Shown here: piece after piece, positions 28,875-37,700 of the stretch
Layout of the letters: each line of letters starts with the position of its first letter
Numbering within the stretch: the first letter of the stretch is position 1
NCBI GenBank assembly: GCA_041479245.1
Contig: JBGOXS010000001.1
Location: 77,647-141,646 of the forward strand
Length of the DNA stretch: 64,000 bases
From: Anaerolineae bacterium
Lineage (GTDB): Bacteria > Chloroflexota > Anaerolineae > Anaerolineales > UBA4823
Direction of reading: 5' to 3'
The notes under the pieces: model-generated
The model's database searches: none
What the model was told of the DNA's origin: nothing
The model's input: the letters and a program-made list of their open reading frames with translations, nothing else
Position numbers and translations under genes: made by a program

Positions 28875-29453
28875 TTTAGTAGCTCCCGTTTCCCTAACTT
28901 GGTCACCCAGCGTTGTCTCCTCCGGATTGGAAAGCATACATATCAACGATCCAGTAAACCACGCTATCCAGTAAAATAGATAATCATTTCATTAGTTCGA
29001 TAAGTTGACTGCCAACCATGAATGTGCTATTATTACGAGTAGACCAGCGCGAATTAGATCGCATCCAATACAAATACGCCACTATATTTGATAGCAGGCG
29101 ACTGTTCTGGAAAGAAATCTATGATTGCCCAGTTCGCTGCCCCTGATACGGTAGCCTCTGACTTTCGTGAATTTGCTTAGGTGTCAGGACTTCTCGGTTC
29201 AGGCGAAAAGGAGGTGGTCCACAGGGGATTACCAGTCTGTATGGAACTATGATTCCATTCGGAAGATTATCACTAGTAATGACATAAGGAATAGTTTACG
29301 CATTGGTACGGATGTAATTTACCTCTATAGGCAATCCGCTTTGTCATTGCTATAACGAAAAGTTAAACCCCTCGTGAGGTGGGGGTGTAAAGTCATGGGT
29401 TTGCTCAAGCAGATCGCATGACTGTCAAAATTTATATCTGGCGATATATGCAG

Positions 29454-29468
29454 CATAAGGAGGTGTTG
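29454..29468 (+). promoter_or_regulatory. Upstream Shine-Dalgarno-like box (cATAAGGAGGTGttg), 81 nt before the protease start codon
   Basis: 10-nt complementarity to a canonical 16S 3' end, with no usable start codon at SD spacing. The gene has its own separate SD (gaggagga) at the ATG. Confidence 0.4.
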
Positions 29469-29545
29469 TTTTTTATCTGATTTGAAATCCACAGATAAGG
29501 AAATTCAAGTAAGTACTATTAAAACCAAACGAGGAGGATAATTTT

Positions 29546-32500
29546 ATGAAACGCACAATTCTATATGCCTTGATGGCGTTGTTGATGATTTTATCAAGCG
29601 CTTCAGCGGCTTTTGCGCAGGATGGCGGACCAGATCGAATGGCTGGTCGCGAGCTGCCTGCTAAAGTTGAACAGCTCAAGTTAGATACCCCGATTGAGAT
29701 AAATGATTTCTCCGCCAATGTTCTTGATAGCTCTTTGGTTGGAGTTGAAGGTCCGAATAAGGTGATAATCCAACTATCAGCTGATTCAGGAGCGGTTGCC
29801 TACGAAAAAGGCAAGGACGAGGCAAAAGCCAAGAACGTCGCTAAGGTTCAACAAGATGCATTCCTCAAAGATGTAAAAAATGTTGATTCGAATGCGCGCC
29901 TGCTTGGCCGGGTTCAGTTGGTGTTGAACGCCGTCTTTGTTGAAGTGGACGCCTCCGTACTACCACAACTGGCTCAGGACTCGAGAGTAGTGCGTATTGC
30001 ACCCGTGGCGAATTACGAAATCACTCTTTCCGAGACTGTGCCTTACATTGGTGCTACAGCCGTGCAAGCACAGGGTTTTACTGGGAAAGGGATTAAGGTG
30101 GCTGTGCTGGATAGTGGCATCGACTACACCCATATTGCGTTGGGTGGTTCAGGTAATCCAGCTGACTTTGCAAATAATAACCCAGACATCATCGAACCGG
30201 GCACCTTCCCCACCACCAAGGTAGTGGGCGGATATGACTTTGTGGGTAGCAATTGGCCAAATGTAACCCCGGAAGCTCCCGATCCTGATCCCCTCGACAA
30301 GGGCACTGGTGCTGGTCATGGTACTCACGTGGCTCACATCATCGGCGGTGTTGGCGGAGTTGCCCCAGGTGTAAGCCTTTTTGCAGTCAAGGTTTGTTCC
30401 TCAGTTTCAACATCCTGCTCTGGCATTGCCCTGATCCAGGGCATGGAGTTCGCTGCGGACCCCAATGGTGATGGAAAAGTCAAGGACCGGGTCGACCTCA
30501 TCAATATGTCGCTGGGTTCCGACTATGGCCAGCCTTTTGATGACGATCTCTCACTCGCTGTAAATAATGCCACCAAGTTTGGTATCCTGACCGTAGCTTC
30601 TGCTGGAAACGGTAGCGATAAACCTTATGTAGCCGGCACGCCTGCATCAGCCGTAACAGCTCTTTCTGTTGCGCAAACGAGCGTTCCTAGCGCCTTCCTG
30701 CCACTGATGCAGGTAACTGCTCCAGCCTCGATCGCTGGAAACTACCCGGCAGTCTTCCAGCCTTGGTCAGCACCGCTTACGGCGGTTGTCGAAGCACCAC
30801 TTCAATATGGCAATGGCACGGGTGGTAATAATAATGGATGTGCAGCTTTTACAGCAGGCTCACTGGCAGGGAAAATTGTCCTGGTTAATCGTGGCGCCTG
30901 CAATTTCACATTGAAGATCAAGAACATCGCTGATGCTGGCGGTTTGATTGGGATCATTGGTCTCGTCGCCCCCGGCGATCCATTTGAAGGCGGGGACGGT
31001 GGCGATCGCCCGATTAACATTCCGGGTTATATGATCAGTCAGACTAACGCCAACAAGTTAATGAGCGGACTGCCGAACACAGTTGTCAGATTTGATCCGG
31101 CTATTGGTATCCCCCTGGTTAAAACCGTTGTGGGCAGTTCCTCACGCGGCCCTCAGCATGAAGATACCACCCTGATCAAACCTGAGATCGGGGCGCCTGG
31201 TGCATCAGTCTCGGCGATCTTCGGCACGGGTACAGGCGAAGGCCCCTTTGGTGGCACCTCTGGTGCCGCGCCCATGGTGACTGGCTCCGCTGCCTTGTTG
31301 CTCGAGGGGTTCGGCGGGACCAAGACCACCGGTAATGGTGCTGCTTCCGGAAAGGCAATTGGTCATGGCCTGACCCCGCTCGAGGTGAAAGCGCTATTGA
31401 TGAATAATGCTGAAACGAATATCATCAATGACACATTGACCGGTGCGCTGACTCCAATCACCCGCATCGGTGGTGGTGAAGTGAGGGTTGACCGGGCACT
31501 GGCAGCTCCAATAGTTGCCTGGGATAAAGATGTGCCGACCGGTGCCCTGGGATTCGGCTTCGTGGATGTCGCCGACGGTGTGGTCACCCTCACCAAGACA
31601 GTGGTAATCCGTAATCTCGACAACAATAAGCACACCTATTCGGTAACACCCACCTTCCGCTTCGCTGACGATGTAGCCAACGGGGCAGTGAAGGTGAACG
31701 CACCTTCAACGGTTGTGGTCAAATCCGGAATAGGTAAGGATACACAGTTCGTTGTAACGCTGACCATCGATGGCGCAAAGCTGCGCGGGAATTACATGAA
31801 CTCAGGCAGTAACGGTGCTAATCCAGCTGCATTAACCCTCAATGAATATGATGGTTACCTGCTCTTGGACGATGGACAACACCCGATTCATCTCGCCTGG
31901 CATGTGTTACCGCGTAAAGATGCACGGGTAGTGCCCGATACAACCTCCTTTGTTCCGGGCTCATTCCCACAGGTGATCGGTTTGAATAATACCGGTGTGG
32001 GTCATGCGCAGGACGACGCGTATGCGTTGCTGGCAGTCAGCCCCAATATACCCCAGGGCGCTCAAGGAGCCCAATCCCCTACCCCCGATATCCGCGCTGT
32101 GGGGATTAATACCTTCCCAGTAGCAGCGGGAGATTGCTCTGACAATCCCTCCTTCATATGGGCATTTGCCATCAACACCTGGGAACGCCAGCAGCATCTC
32201 CTACCCGTGAGTCACCAGGTATGGCTGGATACGAACCGGGACGGAACGGACGACTATGTGGTGCTCAATCGCGATGCTTCAGGACTGAATACCATCACCG
32301 ATGGTCGCCAATTGGCATGGGTGGTAAATCTTGCTGACAACTCTGCATCTGCTTTATTCTATGCCGAGCACTCGATGAATACCGGCAATACCGTTCTCTA
32401 CATTTGCGGTGAGCAGGTTGGCCTGACAGGCACAGATATGCTGGTTACCAATGTCAATATGCATGTGTATACGCAAGATTGGTACTATGGTGGACCCGGC

Positions 32501-32734
32501 GATACTGTCGAGGGGTTGACTGTCACTCCGCTGGGTGAACAGCATTTCGGTATACCCCATGATGTTCCGGGCAACACTAACGATTCAGCCGGACTGGCTA
32601 TATACGATTTTGGTCCGTTCCCTGGCAATACATCTGAACTTGGTCTGATGCTAGTCACCAATGGTGACCGAACTCCCGGAGCCCGCGGTGGCGCGACACA
32701 GGATACTGAAGCGCTCCTGTTCACCGTACCTTAG
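29546..32734 (+). CDS. Secreted subtilisin-like serine protease (peptidase S8) with inserted PA domain
   Basis: Signal peptide MKRTILYALMALLMILSSASAAFAQ. Catalytic motifs are VAVLDSGIDYTH (Asp), GHGTHVAHIIGG (His), NMSLG (Asn) and GTSGAAPMVTGSAALL (Ser). The PA-like insert is GSLAGKIVLVNRGACNF. Confidence 0.92.
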   Translation: MKRTILYALMALLMILSSASAAFAQDGGPDRMAGRELPAKVEQLKLDTPIEINDFSANVLDSSLVGVEGPNKVIIQLSADSGAVAYEKGKDEAKAKNVAKVQQDAFLKDVKNVDSNARLLGRVQLVLNAVFVEVDASVLPQLAQDSRVVRIAPVANYEITLSETVPYIGATAVQAQGFTGKGIKVAVLDSGIDYTHIALGGSGNPADFANNNPDIIEPGTFPTTKVVGGYDFVGSNWPNVTPEAPDPDPLDKGTGAGHGTHVAHIIGGVGGVAPGVSLFAVKVCSSVSTSCSGIALIQGMEFAADPNGDGKVKDRVDLINMSLGSDYGQPFDDDLSLAVNNATKFGILTVASAGNGSDKPYVAGTPASAVTALSVAQTSVPSAFLPLMQVTAPASIAGNYPAVFQPWSAPLTAVVEAPLQYGNGTGGNNNGCAAFTAGSLAGKIVLVNRGACNFTLKIKNIADAGGLIGIIGLVAPGDPFEGGDGGDRPINIPGYMISQTNANKLMSGLPNTVVRFDPAIGIPLVKTVVGSSSRGPQHEDTTLIKPEIGAPGASVSAIFGTGTGEGPFGGTSGAAPMVTGSAALLLEGFGGTKTTGNGAASGKAIGHGLTPLEVKALLMNNAETNIINDTLTGALTPITRIGGGEVRVDRALAAPIVAWDKDVPTGALGFGFVDVADGVVTLTKTVVIRNLDNNKHTYSVTPTFRFADDVANGAVKVNAPSTVVVKSGIGKDTQFVVTLTIDGAKLRGNYMNSGSNGANPAALTLNEYDGYLLLDDGQHPIHLAWHVLPRKDARVVPDTTSFVPGSFPQVIGLNNTGVGHAQDDAYALLAVSPNIPQGAQGAQSPTPDIRAVGINTFPVAAGDCSDNPSFIWAFAINTWERQQHLLPVSHQVWLDTNRDGTDDYVVLNRDASGLNTITDGRQLAWVVNLADNSASALFYAEHSMNTGNTVLYICGEQVGLTGTDMLVTNVNMHVYTQDWYYGGPGDTVEGLTVTPLGEQHFGIPHDVPGNTNDSAGLAIYDFGPFPGNTSELGLMLVTNGDRTPGARGGATQDTEALLFTVP

Positions 32735-32810
32735 CATCTGATCATTTTTACAACATCGGTTTCCGAATACCTGTCGCTATGTGACAGGGACAAGGGCTAA
32801 TGTAACATGC

Positions 32811-32846
32811 AGCGGAACACCCATCTGGGTGTTCCGCTCTTTTTTC
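32811..32846 (+). terminator. Rho-independent terminator after the S8/PA protease gene
   Basis: Perfect 12-bp stem agcggaacaccc/gggtgttccgct with a 4-nt loop, followed by cttttttc. Confidence 0.85.
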
Positions 32847-32914
32847 AATCTGCGCCCCTCTGTTGATACATAAATAAACTGATCAACACGAGGAGAAACC
32901 ATATCGGATGATGG

Positions 32915-33436
32915 TCAGGAATTCGGTGTGGCTGGAGCAGGTATGCTGGGTAAACCGCTCTCACACAAGAAAAAGTATCCGCTTTCTGCCGCGTGGTAAT
33001 CGTATTTCTGTCCACCAATTTCCAACTTCACCCGGTAACCGGGCACCAATGCCATAGTGTACATCTTTCCCGGTTGGGGGCATCCCAATGAGCCATCATT
33101 CCAAATGATTGCCTGTGCCTGGGTCACTGAGATTTTCTCCGAGTTGACTCCAGTTCGCTTTGAGAGATCCTGTAGGATAGAATCAAGCAGTTTTGTCGGC
33201 ACCTCGCCGGTCACGGGTGTAATAGCTTGGGTTGGGGGAACACGCTCTGGGGTTTTTGTCATGCTTTCACCGATTCTATCAGGTGTATTCATCGCCTGGG
33301 TTTGCGAGGCAGGTATTCGTGTGACAGTCGGGCTCGAGTTAAGTTCCAAAGGAGCTTCAGCATTAATTGGATTAGGCTGGCAGCCTATACATGCAATCAC
33401 TCCCAGTAAAGTGATCAGACTTACGAGAATTCGCAT
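32915..33436 (-). CDS. Lipoprotein, unknown function
   Basis: Lipobox LLGVIACIGC, a Pro/Thr-rich linker, then a C-terminal globular part with two Cys residues. Confidence 0.6.
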   Translation of the reverse strand: MRILVSLITLLGVIACIGCQPNPINAEAPLELNSSPTVTRIPASQTQAMNTPDRIGESMTKTPERVPPTQAITPVTGEVPTKLLDSILQDLSKRTGVNSEKISVTQAQAIIWNDGSLGCPQPGKMYTMALVPGYRVKLEIGGQKYDYHAAESGYFFLCESGLPSIPAPATPNS

Positions 33437-33583
33437 GAGTACCTCTTTTACACCTGTTGGTCTTTAGACGAAAAATCTCTCTAATAGGTTCCTTGAATTC
33501 CCACACAATGACTTCTTTTTCCATCGTTTTGTATTTATATCATAGAGGTAACAAATATCCAATTTTATAATTGGGTGGTCTGC

Positions 33584-33679
33584 TTATCTAGTGTTGATGA
33601 CGCAAGGTAGGGGCAAAATAGTCAGTAGTTCCTTAACCGTCCAAGTATGACCGGTCAGATTGGCAGCCATCGCAGGTGT
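33584..33679 (-). mobile_element. Remnant of an IS transposase C-terminus (31 codons, preceded by a stop)
   Basis: The minus strand reads TPAMAANLTGHTWTVKELLTILPLPCVINTR*. I recognise the TPAMAAGLTDHVW..ELL tail as the C-terminus of some IS transposases, but I cannot assign the family from memory. An upstream in-frame TGA means no intact gene. Confidence 0.4.
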
Positions 33680-33830
33680 TCACCATAACTATAGTTGTGG
33701 CTCCAAATTTTTTACGGGTAAACGCATGCCTCCATATGGGTGCAAATGAGTGTAATAACTGTCTTATCAAGATGCGAATACCAGAAATATGGTCATTAAC
33801 GCATACCCCTGAGGGTGCTATGGTATCCTT

Positions 33831-34295
33831 GTCAGACCTGCTAATGTTCGACCAATTTCGTCACCAAGTACCTGATGCGCAGTCCGGGTTCTCTTTTTGA
33901 CCTGACATTTATCCATGTCAAAATGCCGAGAATAATAAAAAGATAAGCTTTACGACCAGTGTCTGCTGCGCTTTCGCCAACCACCAATAACAGCCTAAAG
34001 CGGCCCACTATCTTCGACCATAGGCGCGCGGTGACTACCAGTGTCTGGCTGATTCAAAATCTCAGTTCAAATGCCGGGATAACTTCTTGGTTTTTCACCC
34101 CACAACTTACATCTACGGCATTTCGCTCCCTAGATAAGTTTTACTATCGAAGTATTTGAACCAATTCAAGGCATAAAGGGTCATGGTGTGTTTCTGAACG
34201 GCTTCTATATCCGGGTATTTCCCATCACCCCAACCAAGCCATTCTTCAGAAGCCCGGACGCCAATACACGAGACAATATGCTCGCCGCCCACCTG
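33831..34295. repeat. Direct repeat copy 1 (~465 bp, roughly 80% identical by eye to 40252-40718)
   Basis: Aligned by eye, for example gaccaatttcg...cagtccgggttctc...gtcaaaatgccgag...ggctgattcaaaatctcagttcaaat...cttacatctacggcatttc...gtatttgaaccaattcaaggcataaag...gtgtgtttctgaacggcttctatatccgggtattt...ccccaaccaagccattc. Confidence 0.85.
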
Positions 34296-34406
34296 GCAGG
34301 ACCATTTCGGCCCGACCCAGGATATCGGCAGTAAGTTCAGTTGAGAACCTATCAAGGTTCTTGCTGTAATGGCTTTGAGGTTTGGGTCATTAACTCTACC
34401 CTTCAT
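34113..34406 (-). pseudogene. Chimeric/degenerate paralog of the 97-aa protein at 40536-40829
   Basis: The C-terminal ~55 aa are near-identical to the 40.5 kb copy (ASEEWLGWG..KYPDIEAVQKHTMTLYALNWFKYFDSKTYLG.EMP). The N-terminal ~40 aa are unrelated, because the DNA homology ends near 34295. Confidence 0.5.
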
Positions 34407-34620
34407 CAGCTGGCGTCCTTGACCTTCACCTGAACAATTAACTTGATTACAGACACAGATCTAAACCATAATCATCACCGAATTGCTCTGGACAGCACCA
34501 GTCATTTCTAAGTCGTACTTATACTGTCACCATGGCGACTGACTGTTCCATAATCCAGATATGAGCATTGGATAATTTAGTTACTGGTGGTGAAAATGAC
34601 GAAATTACATCGGGAAAATG

Positions 34621-34649
34621 TTGTATTGAAAAAGTTATTCTTGTATAAT
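34621..34649 (+). promoter_or_regulatory. Sigma-70-type promoter for the giant S8-Kelch-PKD gene
   Basis: TTGTAT (34621-26), a 17-nt spacer, then TATAAT (34644-49) with an upstream TG. Confidence 0.5.
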
Positions 34650-34747
34650 CCAGCTAGGGTTGGGGGAATCAGAAATGACTTGTTTAATCGAAGACTTATT
34701 GGTTGTAACCAAGTAAAAACAAAGCTTGAACTTAGCCGGATTCGAAA

Positions 34748-37700
34748 ATGGAGGAGATCATGCACAACCAAAGAAGCTTCTTAAACCGTATCTTTTCAAT
34801 AATCCTTACCATGAGTATGCTGATCACTTTCAGTACTCCACAGCTCGCAACAGCTTTAGATGGAGATCCACCAGTGATTGTCATCGACGGTGGACAGCCG
34901 ATTGTCGAAACCACGATGGATCCCCTGACCAAAATTGAATCGCAGTTGCTGGATGAAATAGACGCTAACGGTCAGACGGATTTCTTTGTCACAGTCAGCA
35001 ATAAGACTGACCTAAGCCCCGCTAGCCTGCTTGATAGTAAGGAAGCCAAAGGTCAATTCGTTTTAGCTTCCCTTGAAGAAAGTACCCGCACCAACCAGGC
35101 GGACATCACTAAACTCCTGGCGCAGGCCGGGGTTGAATTCGAAAGTTATTACATCGTCAACCAGGTGCTGGTGCGGGGAGGTAGTCGGAGCCTTGCGCTG
35201 GAGCTGGCCTCGCTCCCCAGTGTGGAGCGACTATCCGCCAACCATACATTTCAAATTGACCCTTTGGAAATGAGCGCTGCTGAAGGCGAGCAGGTGCAAG
35301 GTGTGGGTACCAACGTGGCATTCATCAAGGCCGATCAGGTATGGGCTATGGGTTATACGGGAACTGGCATCGTTCTAGCCAGTCAGCTGACCGGCATTCA
35401 ATGGAATCATCCTGCTCTGATTAACCATTACCGAGGCTGGAATGGCTCCACGGCTAACCATAACTATAACTGGTGGGATGCCACCGGCACCTATCCCAAT
35501 GTGCCCAATGATGGCCATGGTCTCGGAACCCACACTACCGGCACCATGGTGGGCGATGATGGCGGAGGCAACCAAATAGGGGTGGCTCCTGGTGCAAAAA
35601 CGATCCACTGTAAGAGCATAAACGACAACGGCACAGCCAGTGAAGCCAATATACTCACCTGCTTCCAGTGGTTCCTTGCTCCTTGGGACCTGAACCATCT
35701 CAACCCCGATCCGGCTATGACCCCGGATGTGGTCGACAACTCATGGGGCATATCAGGCGGTGATAATCCGAACTTTATTAGCGCGATTAATTCCCTTCAG
35801 GCTGCTGGAATCATGGTGATAGGCAGATCGGGAAACGCTGGACCCACCTGCCAGACACTGGACTCACCGGGCGATTATGATAACATTCTAACCACCGGAG
35901 CAGTAGATTCAGGGGGAGCTTTTCCTGGAACGATCAGTAATTTTAGCAGCAGAGGGCCCTCCGATATTTATCCGGCATCCTTCATACCAGACGTGATGGC
36001 GCCTGGCAATACTATCCGCTCCAGTTTGTTGGGTGGCACATACGGTAATATGACAGGTACCAGCACGGCCGTGCCGCACGTCGCGGGGCTGATAGCTCTC
36101 GTTTGGCAAGCTGCCCCCAGCTTGAAGGGAGATATCCCTAAAACGATCGCTGCCATCAAATCTCATTCCGTTCCACTGACTGGTCAGGCAGGTTCGAATT
36201 GCGGCGGTAATTACACCACAGGCCCCAACAACGATTGGGGAGTGGGAACGATTGATGCCAAAGCCATCGTTGATTCCGTCGCCGAAGGTATGATCAACGG
36301 CACCGTGACCGCCTCAGGAAGCGGCGCACCGCTCGCAGATGTCACGATCTCCGCAGGCGATTTCCACACCACTACGGCTGCTGATGGTACTTTTTCGTTG
36401 AGCGTGACCAACGGAACCTATACGGTTAATGCCCAGAAGGGCGGTTGGGTTCCCCAAACCAGGACTGGGATCGTTGTTGCCGTAGGCACCACTACTACCC
36501 TCAATTTTTCCCTCAGCCTTGCTGGTCAAGCAACCGTAAACGGTGTCGTACGGGATGGTACTCCGGGAGGGCATACCTATCCGCTATACGTCAAGATCAC
36601 CTTCACCACATTCGGCCTGCCTGTAGTAACAGCCTTCACCAATCCGTTCACTGGGGCTTACAGTGTCAACTTGTTGCGGGATATACCTTATACTGCTACC
36701 ATTATCCCAACCCTACCTGGATACACAACTGCGCTGGTTGATTTTATCGCTACTTCCAACCCATTCACCCAGAATTTTACATTGCAGGCTGATTTAACGG
36801 TTTGTGATGCACCAGGTTATTCGAATAACAAAGTTTTCTTTGAAAACTTCGATTTAGTGACCGCTCCAGCTTTGCCACCCAACTGGTCGGTGGCTATTGT
36901 TACTGGTCCAACTGCCAACTGGAGAACTGTAACCAACTCATCTCATCCTCTTAATATTCAGCCAATCAGCAACCCGAATATGGTGATCTTTAATTCCTAT
37001 TCGGCGGGTGTTGGAGAAAAGGCACTGCTCTACAGGAACACTTCCACCAGCCTGACCAGCCTCTCGGCTGCCTTCGTCTCATTCTGGATGTACCAAGATA
37101 CCGGATATTCTTCTAGCCAGGATACGGTCCAGGTGGCTATTTCAACCAATGGCTCGACCTTCTATCTCACGGGTCCTGTCTTCCAGCGCTACTCTAGCAC
37201 ACCGGGGTGGGTCTATCACCAGGTGGATATCAGCTCATACGCCGGTCTCGGAAAGCCCTCAGTATATATCGGTCTGTTTGGCACAAGTGCATATGGGAAT
37301 GATATCCATATCGACGATATATCTATCAACTCAACTTGCCAGAGATTAAATGGCGGGTTGGTGTCCGGATTCGTGAGTAGCTCACCAAGTGGCAAGCCGA
37401 TCATCAGCGCGTTGGTTGCCAGCGTAGCCCGTCCAGCGGAACAGGCTTATAGCTTGGGTAGAGGTGAAGACGCTTCTTTGTCAGATGGTTTTTACCAGCT
37501 CTACTCCACCGTTGCCGGGCCTCAGAACTTCACAGCGACGGCTATCCGGCATCAATGGGCTGAACAAACCGTGAACGTGGTGGATGATAGCGTGACCCGG
37601 CTAGATCTGGCCCCAACCTCCGCCTGGATAACCGCCAGTCCGAATCCGGTAATCCTTGTTATTACGCGAAATACCTCGACCAATATCAATCTCATCCTGT

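Noticed and set aside
29206-29220. The minus strand reads GGACCACCTCCTTTT, resembling the 3' end of 16S rRNA (GGATCACCTCCTT). This raised the possibility of an rRNA fragment.
   Set aside because: The similarity does not extend upstream; there is no match to the conserved ...GGTGCGGCTGGATCACC context. It is better explained as the complement of an extended SD-like box.
29361-29421. A small nested hairpin (aaaccc-cctcgtgagg-...-gggttt) upstream of the S8/PA protease, considered as a possible c-di-GMP or other riboswitch.
   Set aside because: It is too short and lacks any conserved riboswitch core sequence that I can recognise. It is probably an incidental hairpin in AT-rich junk DNA.
29457-29480. 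Tiny uORFs starting at the GTG inside the AGGAGGTG boxes (for example GTG TTG TTT TTT ATC TGA, GTG CCG CGG TTT TTT TAG).
   Set aside because: The candidate start codon is part of, or directly abuts, the SD-like sequence (0-2 nt spacing). That is incompatible with normal initiation, so I treat the boxes as non-initiating SD-like elements.
34040-34090. tRNA-like strings (ctgattcaaaatctcag and gttcaaat, the latter reminiscent of a T-loop) inside both copies of the 465-bp repeat. These could have indicated a tRNA-derived att site.
   Set aside because: No cloverleaf can be drawn. The putative anticodon stem has a 9-nt loop, the T-arm stem does not pair, and there is no acceptor stem. The repeat is far longer than an att core and includes coding sequence.
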